The notes under the pieces are model-generated. The model saw only the letters and a list, made by a program, of their open reading frames with translations. It was not told where the DNA came from and made no database searches. Shown one piece after another: positions 51,951 through 61,999 of a DNA stretch of 64,000 bases. Position 1 is the first letter of the stretch, and the number at the start of each line of letters is the position of its first letter. The stretch covers positions 1,376,001 through 1,440,000 of the forward strand of contig CBDBCF010000001.1 of assembly GCA_965202985.1 (NCBI GenBank), written 5' to 3'. Made by a program: the position numbers and the translations under genes. The stretch comes from Longimicrobiales bacterium. Lineage in GTDB: Bacteria; Gemmatimonadota; Gemmatimonadetes; Longimicrobiales; Gaopeijiaceae.

Positions 51951-53129
51951 ATGGCGCCGGGCAAGCTGCCGGAGAACGTGGCCCGTTTCGCGCGGCTCCT
52001 TCGCGCGGCGGGGCTGCCCGCCGGGCCGGGCAATACGATTGCGGCGGTCCGAGCGCTGGCGGCAGTCAACATTGCCGACCGGACCCAGTTCTACTGGGCG
52101 CTCCACGCCACGCTGGTCTCCAAGCGGGAACACCGTCGCATCTTCGACAGCGCCTTCCGGCTGTTCTGGCGCGACCCGTTCGGCGCGGACGAGGCCCTGT
52201 CGGCGCTGCTGTCGGCGTCCACCGTGCCAGGGGCGAAGTCGCCGTCCCGCGCCCCCGCAAGGCTGTCGCCGCCCGGCGCCGCACCGAGCGATTCTCGTCA
52301 AAGGGCGGGCCGGCGGGACGACGCCCAGCGCATGTCGTTCCGTATGGCATACTCGGCCAACGAGGCCCTGCGCAACAAAGACTTCGACGACATGACCGCG
52401 GCCGAAGCCATGAAGGCGCGACAGGCGATCCGTCGCATGCGCTTGAACCTTCGCCCGGTGCACAGCCGCCGGCTTCGGCCCGACCCGCACGGCTCGTCGA
52501 TCGATCTTCGCCGGACGTTGCGCACGAGCTTGCGAACGGCAGGCGACCCCGTGATCCTGCACCGGCGCTCTCCGTCTACTCGGCGCCCGGCGCTGGTGAC
52601 GTTATGCGACATCTCGGGATCGATGGAGCCCTATTCGCGCACCCTGCTTCACTTCTTTCATGCGCTGACGAACGCCGCCGACCGAGTCCACACCTTCGTC
52701 TTCGGGACTCGCTTGACCAACGTGACGCGACTCTTGCGGGACCGGGACGTTGACCGGGCCTTGGGCCGCGTCGGGCGGACCGCCCAAGACTGGTACGGAG
52801 GCACGCGGATCGGCGCGGCGCTGGATGCGTTCAACAGGCACTGGTCTCGGCGCCTGCTCTCCCAAGGGGCGGTCGTGCTGTTGGTCACGGACGGCCTGGA
52901 TCGCGAGGGCGGCGCCGGCATCGGGCGCCAAGCACGCCGACTGCGGCTGTCGTGTCGTCGGCTGGTCTGGCTGAATCCGCTCTTGCGCTACGCGGACTTC
53001 GCGCCCGAAGCCGCCGGAGTCCGGGCGCTGCTGCCCGAGATCGACGAGCACAGGCCCGTGCACAACTTGGTCAGCTTGGCGAGCTTGGCGGAGGCGCTGG
53101 GCCGAATGGACGGGCGGGCGCGTCGCTGA
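51951..53129 (+). CDS. coxE: vWA domain protein (CoxE-like)
   Basis: LCDISGSMEPYS, FGTRLT, GGTRIG, VTDGLD, WLNPL. Confidence 0.9.
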   Translation: MAPGKLPENVARFARLLRAAGLPAGPGNTIAAVRALAAVNIADRTQFYWALHATLVSKREHRRIFDSAFRLFWRDPFGADEALSALLSASTVPGAKSPSRAPARLSPPGAAPSDSRQRAGRRDDAQRMSFRMAYSANEALRNKDFDDMTAAEAMKARQAIRRMRLNLRPVHSRRLRPDPHGSSIDLRRTLRTSLRTAGDPVILHRRSPSTRRPALVTLCDISGSMEPYSRTLLHFFHALTNAADRVHTFVFGTRLTNVTRLLRDRDVDRALGRVGRTAQDWYGGTRIGAALDAFNRHWSRRLLSQGAVVLLVTDGLDREGGAGIGRQARRLRLSCRRLVWLNPLLRYADFAPEAAGVRALLPEIDEHRPVHNLVSLASLAEALGRMDGRARR

Positions 53130-53140
53130 ACGAGTTCGAT

Positions 53141-54667
53141 ATGACGCCAAGCCAAAGAGACCCGAACGCGAAGGAAGCCGTGAGCACGGGGGCCAACCCG
53201 CAAGTGGTGGCCGGCAACCGTCGTCCCGTCGCGCGTTCGGTCCGGGAAACGGCCGCCGCGGTGCGCCGGGGCGACGAGAGCGCGGTCCAGCACGTGGAAG
53301 ACGCGATCCGCCGCCACGAGGCCAGCAGCTTGGGCGCCTACTCTTGCTTCGACGCGGAGGGCGCCCGGGCGCAGGCCGAGCGCGTCGACGCCTTGGCGGC
53401 TTCCGGCGGCGATCCGGGGCCGCTGGCCGGCGTCACGGTGTCGGTCAAGGACCTGTACGGCGTGGAGGGACTGCCAATACGGGCCGGAACCAAGCGGGAG
53501 CTGCCCGCGCGCTGGCGGCGGGAGGGGTTCCTGGTGAAGTCGTTGCGCAAGTTGGGCGCGGTGATCGTGGGGAAGACGCACACGGTGGAGCTGGCGTTCG
53601 GCGGCACCGGGTTCAACCCCAACACGGGCACGCCGGCGAACCCCTGGGACGCGGCGGAGCATCGGGTGCCGGGCGGCTCGTCGTCGGGCGCGGGCGTCAG
53701 CCTCTGGGAAGGATCGGCACGGGTTGCGCTGGGCTCGGACACTGGAGGCTCGATCCGGATTCCAGCGTCGGCCGTCGGAGTCGTGGGGCACCGTCAGACG
53801 ACCGGGCGCTGGCCCACCACCGGGGTCGTGCCCTTGAGCAGCACCTTGGACACCGTCGGCTTCCTGACGCACACGGCGGCGGATTCGCAGTACGTGTTTC
53901 GCGCCGTCGATGCGCTCGTCGGGCAGAATGTCGGGCAAGGCGAACGTGGCGGTCGTGGTCGCAGGATCAAGTCGGCCGACGCACCGGCGGTCGGCTCGGC
54001 CCAGGTCGCGGGACTTCGGATCGGCGTGCCCGCGTCTTCCTCGACTTGGCAAGACGCCCGCGCCGATGTGCGCGCCGTCGTGCGCCAAGCCCTGTCGGAG
54101 CTGGAAGAGGCTGGTGCGGTACTGGTGGACTTGGACCTGCCCGAGTACGACGAAGCCGGCCGCCTCTACCTGTCGGGAGGCTTGGTGCCGCCCGAGTGCA
54201 TCGAGTTCTTGGAGCGCGAACTGCCCGAATGGCCCGGCCTTCTGGACCCAACCGTAGGCGCTCGGCTAGATGCCGCCCGCAATGCCCGCGCCGTCGACTA
54301 CGTTCGGATTCTGCGGCGCCGTCGCCGCCTTTCGGAGAGCCTTCATGCCCGGATGGACTCGGCTCGTGTCGGCGCAATGGCGCTCCCAACGCTGCCGATC
54401 GCACCGCCACCCGTCGCCGACCTGGTCGACCTGGACACCTACCGGGAGATCAACCGGCAGATGCTCTCCAACACCGGCCCGGCGGGCATGTTGGACTTGT
54501 GCGCGATAAGCCTCCCGGCCGGTCTGGCCGACGAAAAGATGCCCGTCGGGTTGCAGCTGGCCGGTCGCCGGGGCGCCGATCTGGCGCTACTGGCCGCAGC
54601 CGTGGCCGCCGAGTCGATCTTGGGGACGAACCTCGAGCGGCTGGGCCGGCCGCCGAGGGTCACGTGA
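53141..54667 (+). CDS. Amidase signature family enzyme
   Basis: SVKDL, GKTHTVELA, PGGSSSG, GSDTGGSIRIPAS; start ATG 53141. Confidence 0.92.
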   Translation: MTPSQRDPNAKEAVSTGANPQVVAGNRRPVARSVRETAAAVRRGDESAVQHVEDAIRRHEASSLGAYSCFDAEGARAQAERVDALAASGGDPGPLAGVTVSVKDLYGVEGLPIRAGTKRELPARWRREGFLVKSLRKLGAVIVGKTHTVELAFGGTGFNPNTGTPANPWDAAEHRVPGGSSSGAGVSLWEGSARVALGSDTGGSIRIPASAVGVVGHRQTTGRWPTTGVVPLSSTLDTVGFLTHTAADSQYVFRAVDALVGQNVGQGERGGRGRRIKSADAPAVGSAQVAGLRIGVPASSSTWQDARADVRAVVRQALSELEEAGAVLVDLDLPEYDEAGRLYLSGGLVPPECIEFLERELPEWPGLLDPTVGARLDAARNARAVDYVRILRRRRRLSESLHARMDSARVGAMALPTLPIAPPPVADLVDLDTYREINRQMLSNTGPAGMLDLCAISLPAGLADEKMPVGLQLAGRRGADLALLAAAVAAESILGTNLERLGRPPRVT

Positions 54668-54886
54668 CGAGCGGCTCGAAGTCGCTGCTGCTCATGGGTT
54701 CGTGCCGCTCCCGCCGCCCGAAGAACTCCACGAGCACGCGCTGTTTCCCAAGGCGCCGGCGCGGGATTGACGCGGACAACCTTGGCAACGTAGTGCGCCG
54801 GCGCGTCGGCCACAGCCGTAGCCAAGTCCGCAACCAGATAGCGCGGCGTCCATCCGTCGTCCTTCTTCTCGATCTTCGGAAACACT

Positions 54887-56083
54887 TCAAAGGCGTCGGT
54901 CACGCGAGTGCCTCCGTTCACCGAATCGCAGTCGCAGCGCCTCGACGATTTCCGCCAGGACGGCCACTGCGATCTCTTCGGGCGTCTTTGCTCCGATGGG
55001 AAGTCCGATGGGGCCGCGTACGCGGTCAAGCGCCGCCTTGGGGCAGCCGGCGGCGGTCAAGCGTTCCCGGCGTTCCGCTTGGGTCCGGCGGCTGCCCAGG
55101 GCTCCCACGTAGAAGGCTTCGCTGTCGAGCGCGGCGCGCAGGGCGGGGTCGTCGATCTTGGGGTCGTGGGTCAGGGCGGCGACGGCGGTTCGACGATCCA
55201 GGGCCAAGTCCGCCATGGCGCGGTCGGGCCAGTCGCATACCAACGTGCACTCGGGGAAGCGCCGGGCGGTGGCGAAGCCCCGCCGGGGGTCGAGAACCGT
55301 CACGCGAAAGCCTGCCGTCGCGGCCATGGAGGCCAGTGCCTGGGCAATGTGGACGGCGCCGGCCAGGATTAGATGGGGTGGACGAACGTAGGGCCGCAGG
55401 AAGACGGGGCCGCCCGGGGTCTCGACGACGCGGGAATCCGCCGAGCGAAGAGCGGCCGCCACTTCATCCGGCTCCACGATCGCTCGCGTGGGCTTCGGGC
55501 CGTTCGCCGGCGACCCTGGCGGCGTGCGTGGCGTCGCCCGCAAGGGGCCGGAATCCGCCCATATCAGCTCCTTGCGACCGTCGGACAGGCGCGTCGCCAC
55601 CACGACTTCGCGGCCCCGGCGTCGCCCGTCCAAGACGCTCCGAATGGGGTCCCAATCGCCCAGTCGCTCGCCGGCGCCCAGCCGCTCTACGAACAGGTGG
55701 ACCTTGCCGCCGCACGCCAGCCCCACTTCCCATGCCATCTCGTTGGTGACGCCGAACTCCAGGGACCGGGGAGTCCCGGACTCCATGACCTCCATGGCGG
55801 CTTGGACGACGGCGCTTTCGATGCATCCGCCGGAAACGGAGCCGCAGAAGTCGCCGTTCTCGGCCACGGCCATGTGGCTGCCGGCGCATCGGGGCGCGGA
55901 ACCCCAGGTGCGCGTCACCGTGGCCAGCGCCACGCGCAGTCCGGCGTCCAGCCAGCCGACGGCTTGCGCCAGGACCACGGCGGCGTTCCCCTTGGTGGTG
56001 TCGGCGTCGGACCTTGCCGCGCCGGTGTCGTCGGCCGGACCTTCGGCGTCTCCTGCCGGGGCGTTCGTCTTGGGAGCGTTCAT
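54887..56083 (-). CDS. XdhC/CoxF-family molybdenum cofactor chaperone
   Basis: ATVTRTWGSAPR, GSVSGGCIE, VGLACGG, GAVHIA, THDPKIDD, YVGALGSR, PIGLPIGAKTPEEIA; start ATG 56083. Confidence 0.92.
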   Translation of the reverse strand: MNAPKTNAPAGDAEGPADDTGAARSDADTTKGNAAVVLAQAVGWLDAGLRVALATVTRTWGSAPRCAGSHMAVAENGDFCGSVSGGCIESAVVQAAMEVMESGTPRSLEFGVTNEMAWEVGLACGGKVHLFVERLGAGERLGDWDPIRSVLDGRRRGREVVVATRLSDGRKELIWADSGPLRATPRTPPGSPANGPKPTRAIVEPDEVAAALRSADSRVVETPGGPVFLRPYVRPPHLILAGAVHIAQALASMAATAGFRVTVLDPRRGFATARRFPECTLVCDWPDRAMADLALDRRTAVAALTHDPKIDDPALRAALDSEAFYVGALGSRRTQAERRERLTAAGCPKAALDRVRGPIGLPIGAKTPEEIAVAVLAEIVEALRLRFGERRHSRDRRL

Positions 56084-56184
56084 CGAGCAAACGTCTGGTG
56101 CTTCGCGGCGCCGGGCAAACCGGACGCGGGGCAAGTCGGGCGACGATCGATCCGACGGACACTCACGCACCAGGACGACTTCCG

Positions 56185-56652
56185 GTGGCCAACTCGCGAA
56201 ACCAGCTTCACCAGGCCGTGATCCAGGACCATTTTCGTCGGCCCCGCAACCGCGGCGCGCTGGACGGGGAGGCGGTCGCCGGCAGTGCACACAACCCCTT
56301 TTGCGGCGACACGGTCAAGATCTGGGTCAAGGTGGAGGCAGGCACGATCCGGGATGTGGCCTTCGACGGGCGGGGATGTTCGATCTCCATGGCCGCGGCG
56401 TCGATCCTGACGGTTGCGGCCAAGGGTCGGCGGGCGTGCGACATGGGCGGGCTGCGCCAAGCGTTCGTGGACGGACTGGCGCCCGACGGCGCCACGCCGA
56501 TGCCGGCAGCGCTGGGAGACATGCGGGCTTTGGCCGGCGTGAGCCGCTTCCCCAGCCGAATCCGATGCGCGGTGCTGCCGTTCGAGGCCCTCGAAGCGGC
56601 GCTGCGGGGCGTTGCGCCCGAAATGACGAAAGCGCCTCCCCCGGGACGCTGA
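56185..56652 (+). CDS. sufU: SufU/IscU (NifU N-terminal) Fe-S scaffold/sulfur-transfer protein
   Basis: IQDHFRRPRN, NPFCGD, GCSISMAAAS, RIRCAVLPF; start uncertain (GTG 56185). Confidence 0.82.
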   Translation: MANSRNQLHQAVIQDHFRRPRNRGALDGEAVAGSAHNPFCGDTVKIWVKVEAGTIRDVAFDGRGCSISMAAASILTVAAKGRRACDMGGLRQAFVDGLAPDGATPMPAALGDMRALAGVSRFPSRIRCAVLPFEALEAALRGVAPEMTKAPPPGR

Positions 56653-56655
56653 CGG

Positions 56656-57807
56656 CTACGCGGACAACGCGTGGCCCGGCGCCAAGCCGCGCAGAAAGTC
56701 GTCCACCGGCACGCATCCAATGCCGTCGATGCGCAGGCGTTCGTCACCCCGGTACAGCAACGTGGCCTGGGCCTCCGGATAGTCGGCCCGAAAGGCCCGT
56801 AGTGGCCGAAGGTCGCGGGAATCGACCCGAGCGCGGTTCTTGACCTCGAAGGCGCGAATGCCGTCTTCGCCGTAGACCACGAAGTCGACTTCCGTGCCGG
56901 CTCGCGTCCTCCAGAAGAACAGTTGCGCCGCCCGGTCCGAGTACGCCGCCCACGCCCGCAGGTGCTGGGCCACCAAGCCCTCCAGCGCCTGACCTTCAAT
57001 CTCGCCGGGGCGGTCCAATGGCCCCTTGGGACGCAGGGAGCGGAACACGCCGGCGTCGAACAGGTACAGCTTGCGGCGGGCCACGGTGGCTCGCTTGGCT
57101 CGCTTGCGAAAGGCCGGCAGTCGGAACGCCAGCAGCAGATCTTCCAAGATCTCCAGGTACGCAACGGCCGTGTTCCGCTCGACTTCGCATTCCCGAGCTA
57201 GTGCGGAGACGTTCAACAGCGACCCGTGCGAGAAGCTCGCCGCTTCCAGAAAACGGGCGAAGGCCCCCACGTTGCGGGTCATGCCCTCGGCCCGGACTTC
57301 CTGCTCCAAGTACAAGCTGGCGTAGGCGTTCAGGGTGGCCGCGGGATCGGGCGCGTTCGCCACCAGCGGCAGGAGACCGATTCGCAACGCTTCGTCCAAA
57401 GAGAACGCAGGGGCCTCGGCGGCCATGAACGGATGCAGGGTTCGGAGCAGCGCTCGGCCGCCCAGCAGGTCCAACCCGCCACGCCGCAACTTGCGCGCGC
57501 TGGAGCCTGTCAGCACGAACCGGGGCGGCGTTGGTTCCTCCATGACGGCGTGGACCACCGTCAGCAGCTCGGGAACGCGTTGGACCTCGTCTACGACCAC
57601 GGTATCGCGCCCGGGCGATCCGGCGAGCAGCTCGCGCAGGCGCTCGGGGCGCGCAGCCAAGCGGCGGTGCAGCGCCGGGTCCAGCAGGTCCAAGTAGAGC
57701 GCGTTCGGCAGCTGATCCCGCAGCCAAGTGGATTTGCCCGTGCCCCGTGGACCGAAAAGGAAGCAGCTTTGAGCCGGAATCTGAAAGAATCGTTTCGTGA
57801 TTTCCAT
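56656..57807 (-). CDS. AAA_14 ATPase with DUF4143 C-terminal (nuclease-like) domain
   Basis: GPRGTGKST, VDEVQ, LTGSS, KLYLFDAG, FWRTRAGTEVDFV...FEVK; start ATG 57807. Confidence 0.9.
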   Translation of the reverse strand: MEITKRFFQIPAQSCFLFGPRGTGKSTWLRDQLPNALYLDLLDPALHRRLAARPERLRELLAGSPGRDTVVVDEVQRVPELLTVVHAVMEEPTPPRFVLTGSSARKLRRGGLDLLGGRALLRTLHPFMAAEAPAFSLDEALRIGLLPLVANAPDPAATLNAYASLYLEQEVRAEGMTRNVGAFARFLEAASFSHGSLLNVSALARECEVERNTAVAYLEILEDLLLAFRLPAFRKRAKRATVARRKLYLFDAGVFRSLRPKGPLDRPGEIEGQALEGLVAQHLRAWAAYSDRAAQLFFWRTRAGTEVDFVVYGEDGIRAFEVKNRARVDSRDLRPLRAFRADYPEAQATLLYRGDERLRIDGIGCVPVDDFLRGLAPGHALSA

Positions 57808-57965
57808 TTTCAGTCGCAAAATAGCGATTCCGCTGGCAAAATAGCAAACGGGACGGTGTCCGTGGCCGCCTCGTCGGCGGTCCGGACTTTCCGGGGCCGA
57901 GGGCCGTCGCTATGGTAGCATTGGCCGGCTCCTCTTTCCGCAACCCGCAAACACCCGGAGACCCA

Positions 57966-60770
57966 ATGACCGCACGCCTCATGCAGACTCCGCGCCGCGA
58001 CGCCAAGCGTCGCCCAGGCCTTGCTTCGACCGCGGCAGCGCTCGTCACGGCCGTCGCGTTCGTCCCCTTGGCTGTCGTGCCCGTCGCGGCCCAGCTCACC
58101 AGTCCGGAGGAGCAGTTCGGCCACGCCCTAGGCGCGGACTACGTGCTGGTCAACTACCAGGGGCTGACCGAGTATTGGCACCTGCTGGCCGACCAGTCCG
58201 ACCGCATGACGGTGGAGTCGATCGGCAAGACCTCCGAGGGGCGCGACCAGTGGATGGCCACGATCACGTCGCCCGCCAACCGGCCCCACCTGGAGCGCTA
58301 CAAGGAGATTGCGCGGCGGCTGGCCCTGGCCGACGGTGTAAGCGAGGACGAGGCGCGTGCGATGGCCGTCGAAGGCAAGGCGGTCGTCTGGATCGACGGC
58401 GGATTGCATGCGACCGAGATCCTGGGCGCCCAGCAGCTGATGGAGCTGGTGTGGCAGATGGTCGGCCGCAACGATGCCGAGACGCTGCGCTTCCTGGACG
58501 AAGTGATCCTGCTGGTGGCCCACGCCAACCCGGACGGCCACGACTTGGTGGCCGACTGGTACATGCGCCACGACGATCCCATGGAGCGCACCACCCGGGG
58601 CGTGCCCGTCCTGTACCAGAAGTACGCGGGGCACGACAACAACCGAGACTTCTACATGTCGGCGCTGGCCGAGACCGAGAACATGAACCGCGTGGTGTAC
58701 CGGGAGTGGTTCCCGCAGATCGTGTACAACCACCACCAGACGGGACCGCAGGGCACGGTCATGTTCGCGCCTCCGTTCCGCGATCCGCCCAATCACAACC
58801 TGGACCCGCTGATAATCACCAGCCTGGATCAGGTCGGCTCGGCGATGCACCACCGCATGGTCGCGGAGGGCAAGGGGGGCACGACGATGCGTCGGGGCGC
58901 CAGCTACTCCACCTGGTGGAACGGCGGCCTGCGCACGACCCCGTACTTCCACAACATGATCGGCCTATTGACGGAGACGATCGGCCATCCGACGCCGATC
59001 GAGATTCCCTTCCTGCCGAACCGCCAGATCACCCACGGCGACCTGCCTCTGCCGGTCGAGCCCGGCGTCTGGCGCTTCCGTCAGTCGGTGGACTACTCGC
59101 AGACCGCCAACCGGGCCGTGCTGGACTACGCCGCGCGCAACCGAGAGCACCTGCTGTTCAACATCTGGCGCATGGGAACCAACTCCATCGAGCGGGGCAG
59201 CCGCGACTCGTGGACGGTCCTGCCCAAGTGGATCGACCAGTTGCGGGAAGAGGTCGGCCCCCGAGGCACGCTGGCGGACTATGAGGCCCACCTTCGGGAC
59301 CCGGCGAAGCGGGACGCGCGAGGCTACGTCCTGCCCTCCGACCAGCGGGACTTCCCCACCGCCACCAAGTTCGTCAACGCGCTACTCAAGAACGGCCTGA
59401 CGGTCCATCGGGCCATGGCGGCGTTCGAGGCCGGCGGCAAGAGCTACCCGGCGGGCTCCTTCGTGGTGAAGACGGCGCAGGCGTTCCGGCCCCACGTGAT
59501 CGACATGTTCGAGCCGCAGAACCACCCCAACGACTTCCAGTACCCGGGCGGGCCGCCGATCGCCCCCTACGACAACGCCGGGTGGACCTTGGCCCTCCAG
59601 ATGGGCGTGGAGTTCGACCGGATCCTGGACGGCTTCGACGGCCCCTTCGAGCCGATCGCCTGGTTGGCCGAGACGGTGGCGGGCGGCGTGACAGGCCCGG
59701 AGTCCCCCACCGGCTGGATCGCCGACCACGTGAACAGCGCCTTCGTGGCCGTCAACCGCGCGCTGGCCGCAGGCGGCCGGGTGCTATGGCTGGAGCACGC
59801 CCAGGAGGCGCCCGGGGCTGCGGGCTCGGCGGGCGCCATGTTCCCGGCCGGCGCGTTCTACTTCCCCGCCGACGCCGTGGACCGGGAGACGCTGGAGGCG
59901 TGGGCGGAGGAGAGCGGCGTCGCGTTCCACGGCGTGGCGGAGGCGCCGACGGGACCTGCGCTGGAGCTGTCGGGCGCTCGCGTCGGCCTGTGGGACCGCT
60001 ACGGCGGTTCGATGCCGTCGGGCTGGACCCGCTACGTGCTGGAACGCTTCGAGTTCGATTTCGAGGTGGTCTACCCGCGCGAGATCGACGCGGGCGAACT
60101 GCGCGAGCGCTTCGACGTGATCGTGTTGCCCGACGGGGCGATGCCGGCCGGCAGGGGCGGCGGCTTCGGCTTCGGAGGCGGCCGAGGCGGGGCCGGCGGG
60201 GACTTCGCGGCCACGCTTCCCGACTCCCTGCAGGGGCGGCTGGGGGCGCTCTCGGCCGAAGCGAGCGTTCCGGCGCTCCGCGAGTTCATGGAGAACGGCG
60301 GCGCGGTGATCGCGGTCGGCTCCTCCACGGCGCTGGGCGCCGAGCTGGGCCTGCCCCTGGAGAACCACTTGATGGACGAGGACGGCCGGTCCCTGAGCCG
60401 GGACGACTACTTCACCCCCGGCTCGATCCACGACATCCGGGTCGAGCACGGCAGCCCCGTCACGCACGGCCTGGACGAGCGCGTCCACGTTCTGCACAGC
60501 CACAGCCCGGTCTTCCGCGTCGGGGAAGGCGCCGAAGGGGTCCGCCGCCTGGCGTGGTACGACTCGCCGACGCCGCTGGTGAGCGGATGGGCCTGGGGGC
60601 AGGAGCACCTGGAGGGCGGCACGAGCATGGTCGAAGCCGACGTGGGCGAAGGGAAGCTGTTCCTCTTCGGCCCCAAGATCACCTTCCGGGCCCAGTCCCA
60701 CGGCACCTTCACCCTGCTCTTCAACGGCATCCACTACGGAGCCGCCGAGCGGCGGCGGCCCGCGAGCTGA
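57966..60770 (+). CDS. Secreted M14-family zinc carboxypeptidase
   Basis: Signal peptide; GLHATE (HxxE), NPDG, DNNRD, NHHQ; GGAG RBS before ATG 57966. Confidence 0.88.
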   Translation: MTARLMQTPRRDAKRRPGLASTAAALVTAVAFVPLAVVPVAAQLTSPEEQFGHALGADYVLVNYQGLTEYWHLLADQSDRMTVESIGKTSEGRDQWMATITSPANRPHLERYKEIARRLALADGVSEDEARAMAVEGKAVVWIDGGLHATEILGAQQLMELVWQMVGRNDAETLRFLDEVILLVAHANPDGHDLVADWYMRHDDPMERTTRGVPVLYQKYAGHDNNRDFYMSALAETENMNRVVYREWFPQIVYNHHQTGPQGTVMFAPPFRDPPNHNLDPLIITSLDQVGSAMHHRMVAEGKGGTTMRRGASYSTWWNGGLRTTPYFHNMIGLLTETIGHPTPIEIPFLPNRQITHGDLPLPVEPGVWRFRQSVDYSQTANRAVLDYAARNREHLLFNIWRMGTNSIERGSRDSWTVLPKWIDQLREEVGPRGTLADYEAHLRDPAKRDARGYVLPSDQRDFPTATKFVNALLKNGLTVHRAMAAFEAGGKSYPAGSFVVKTAQAFRPHVIDMFEPQNHPNDFQYPGGPPIAPYDNAGWTLALQMGVEFDRILDGFDGPFEPIAWLAETVAGGVTGPESPTGWIADHVNSAFVAVNRALAAGGRVLWLEHAQEAPGAAGSAGAMFPAGAFYFPADAVDRETLEAWAEESGVAFHGVAEAPTGPALELSGARVGLWDRYGGSMPSGWTRYVLERFEFDFEVVYPREIDAGELRERFDVIVLPDGAMPAGRGGGFGFGGGRGGAGGDFAATLPDSLQGRLGALSAEASVPALREFMENGGAVIAVGSSTALGAELGLPLENHLMDEDGRSLSRDDYFTPGSIHDIRVEHGSPVTHGLDERVHVLHSHSPVFRVGEGAEGVRRLAWYDSPTPLVSGWAWGQEHLEGGTSMVEADVGEGKLFLFGPKITFRAQSHGTFTLLFNGIHYGAAERRRPAS

Positions 60771-60949
60771 GGGGATACGGACGGGAACATTTGGGGGATG
60801 GACTGTGATAAGCCTAGCCGCAGTTTTCGCACTCGGCCGCCTTCCCGAATGGCCTAAAGACGTTTGGACAGCAGCGCGAGTAGCCGACGCCCGAACAAGC
60901 TGATCATCCAACCGAGGGAGGAAGAGGAGATGGGTCGGACTTATTCGGA

Positions 60950-61999
60950 GTGGGCGACCGCGGTGGCCAACGCCGCTTCGGCATCTCCCTAGCTGGATCT
61001 GCCCCGTTGCGCGTCGCGGCCATCGACGCCGGGTCCAACGCCATTCGGTTCGTGGTCGCGGAGTTCGGCGGGCACGCCTACAAGGTGATCGCCAGACTTC
61101 GCGTGCCCGTGCGGTTGGGACACCGGGTCTTCACCCACGGCGCGCTGGACGACGACACGATGGACCGAGCCGTTGCCGCGTTCCGTCGGTTCCGGGCCGA
61201 GCTCGACAGGCTGAAGGTGTCCCGCTTGCGGGCCGTTGCCACCAGCGCCACCCGGGAAGCGTCGAACCGTGACGGATTCCTGGACAGAATCCGGGTAGAG
61301 TCCGACATCGACCTGGAACCGATCACCGGGGAGGAAGAAGCCCGTCTCGTCCACTTGGCCGTCAGCCGCCGGATCGACCTGTCGCGAGGTCGGTGGATTC
61401 TGGTCGACTTGGGCGGCGGCAGCATCGAAGTGTCGCTGGTGGACGACACCGGCATCCTCTGGAGCCACTCCTACAAGGTCGGCACCGTGCGTCTCTTGGA
61501 GACGCTGGCCGCGGCCAAGGGCTGTCACGACACCGTGCGTCAGTGGGTCGAACGCGGGCTGCGCCACCTGACCATTCCGCCGCCCGACGGTCACCCCGGC
61601 CCCGCCGCCTTCGCCGCCACCGGAGGCAACGCCGAGGCCCTGGCCCGACTGGCACTGGGCAACCCGACGCAACAACGGCCAGCCAGTCCCGAAGCCCCGT
61701 CAATTGCCGGCGCGGCACAAGCCACCCCGGCGTCTAATGGCCCGGTGCCCCATGTCTCGGCACCCAGCGTCCCGGTCTCGCGCTTGGACGGCGTGATCCC
61801 CGCGCTCGCCGCCATGACCGTTGATCAGCGCATCAAGAAGCTTCGCCTGCGTCCCGATCGCGCCGACGTGATCCTGCCCGCCGCCTTGGTCTACCGCCAC
61901 TTCGCCGCGTTGGCCCACAGCAACCAGATGGTGGTCCCCAGCGTGGGCGTAAAGGAAGGCGTACTGCTGGACGTGGCAGCGTCTATCGAGGCGCCGTAG
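60950..61999 (+). CDS. Ppx/GppA family phosphatase (short form, no HD domain)
   Basis: AIDAGSNAIR, ATSATREA, GEEEARL, DLGGGSIE, RADVILP, GVKEG. Confidence 0.9.
   Translation: MGDRGGQRRFGISLAGSAPLRVAAIDAGSNAIRFVVAEFGGHAYKVIARLRVPVRLGHRVFTHGALDDDTMDRAVAAFRRFRAELDRLKVSRLRAVATSATREASNRDGFLDRIRVESDIDLEPITGEEEARLVHLAVSRRIDLSRGRWILVDLGGGSIEVSLVDDTGILWSHSYKVGTVRLLETLAAAKGCHDTVRQWVERGLRHLTIPPPDGHPGPAAFAATGGNAEALARLALGNPTQQRPASPEAPSIAGAAQATPASNGPVPHVSAPSVPVSRLDGVIPALAAMTVDQRIKKLRLRPDRADVILPAALVYRHFAALAHSNQMVVPSVGVKEGVLLDVAASIEAP

Noticed and set aside
54664..54903. Short minus-strand frame (TDAFEVFPKIEKKDDGWTPRYLVADLA...) between the amidase and xdhC
   Set aside because: Looks protein-like but matches no family I recognise and runs antisense into the amidase; cannot be supported without a search.
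60771..60949. Lower-GC intergenic stretch before ppx
   Set aside because: No convincing terminator, RNA gene or repeat found.
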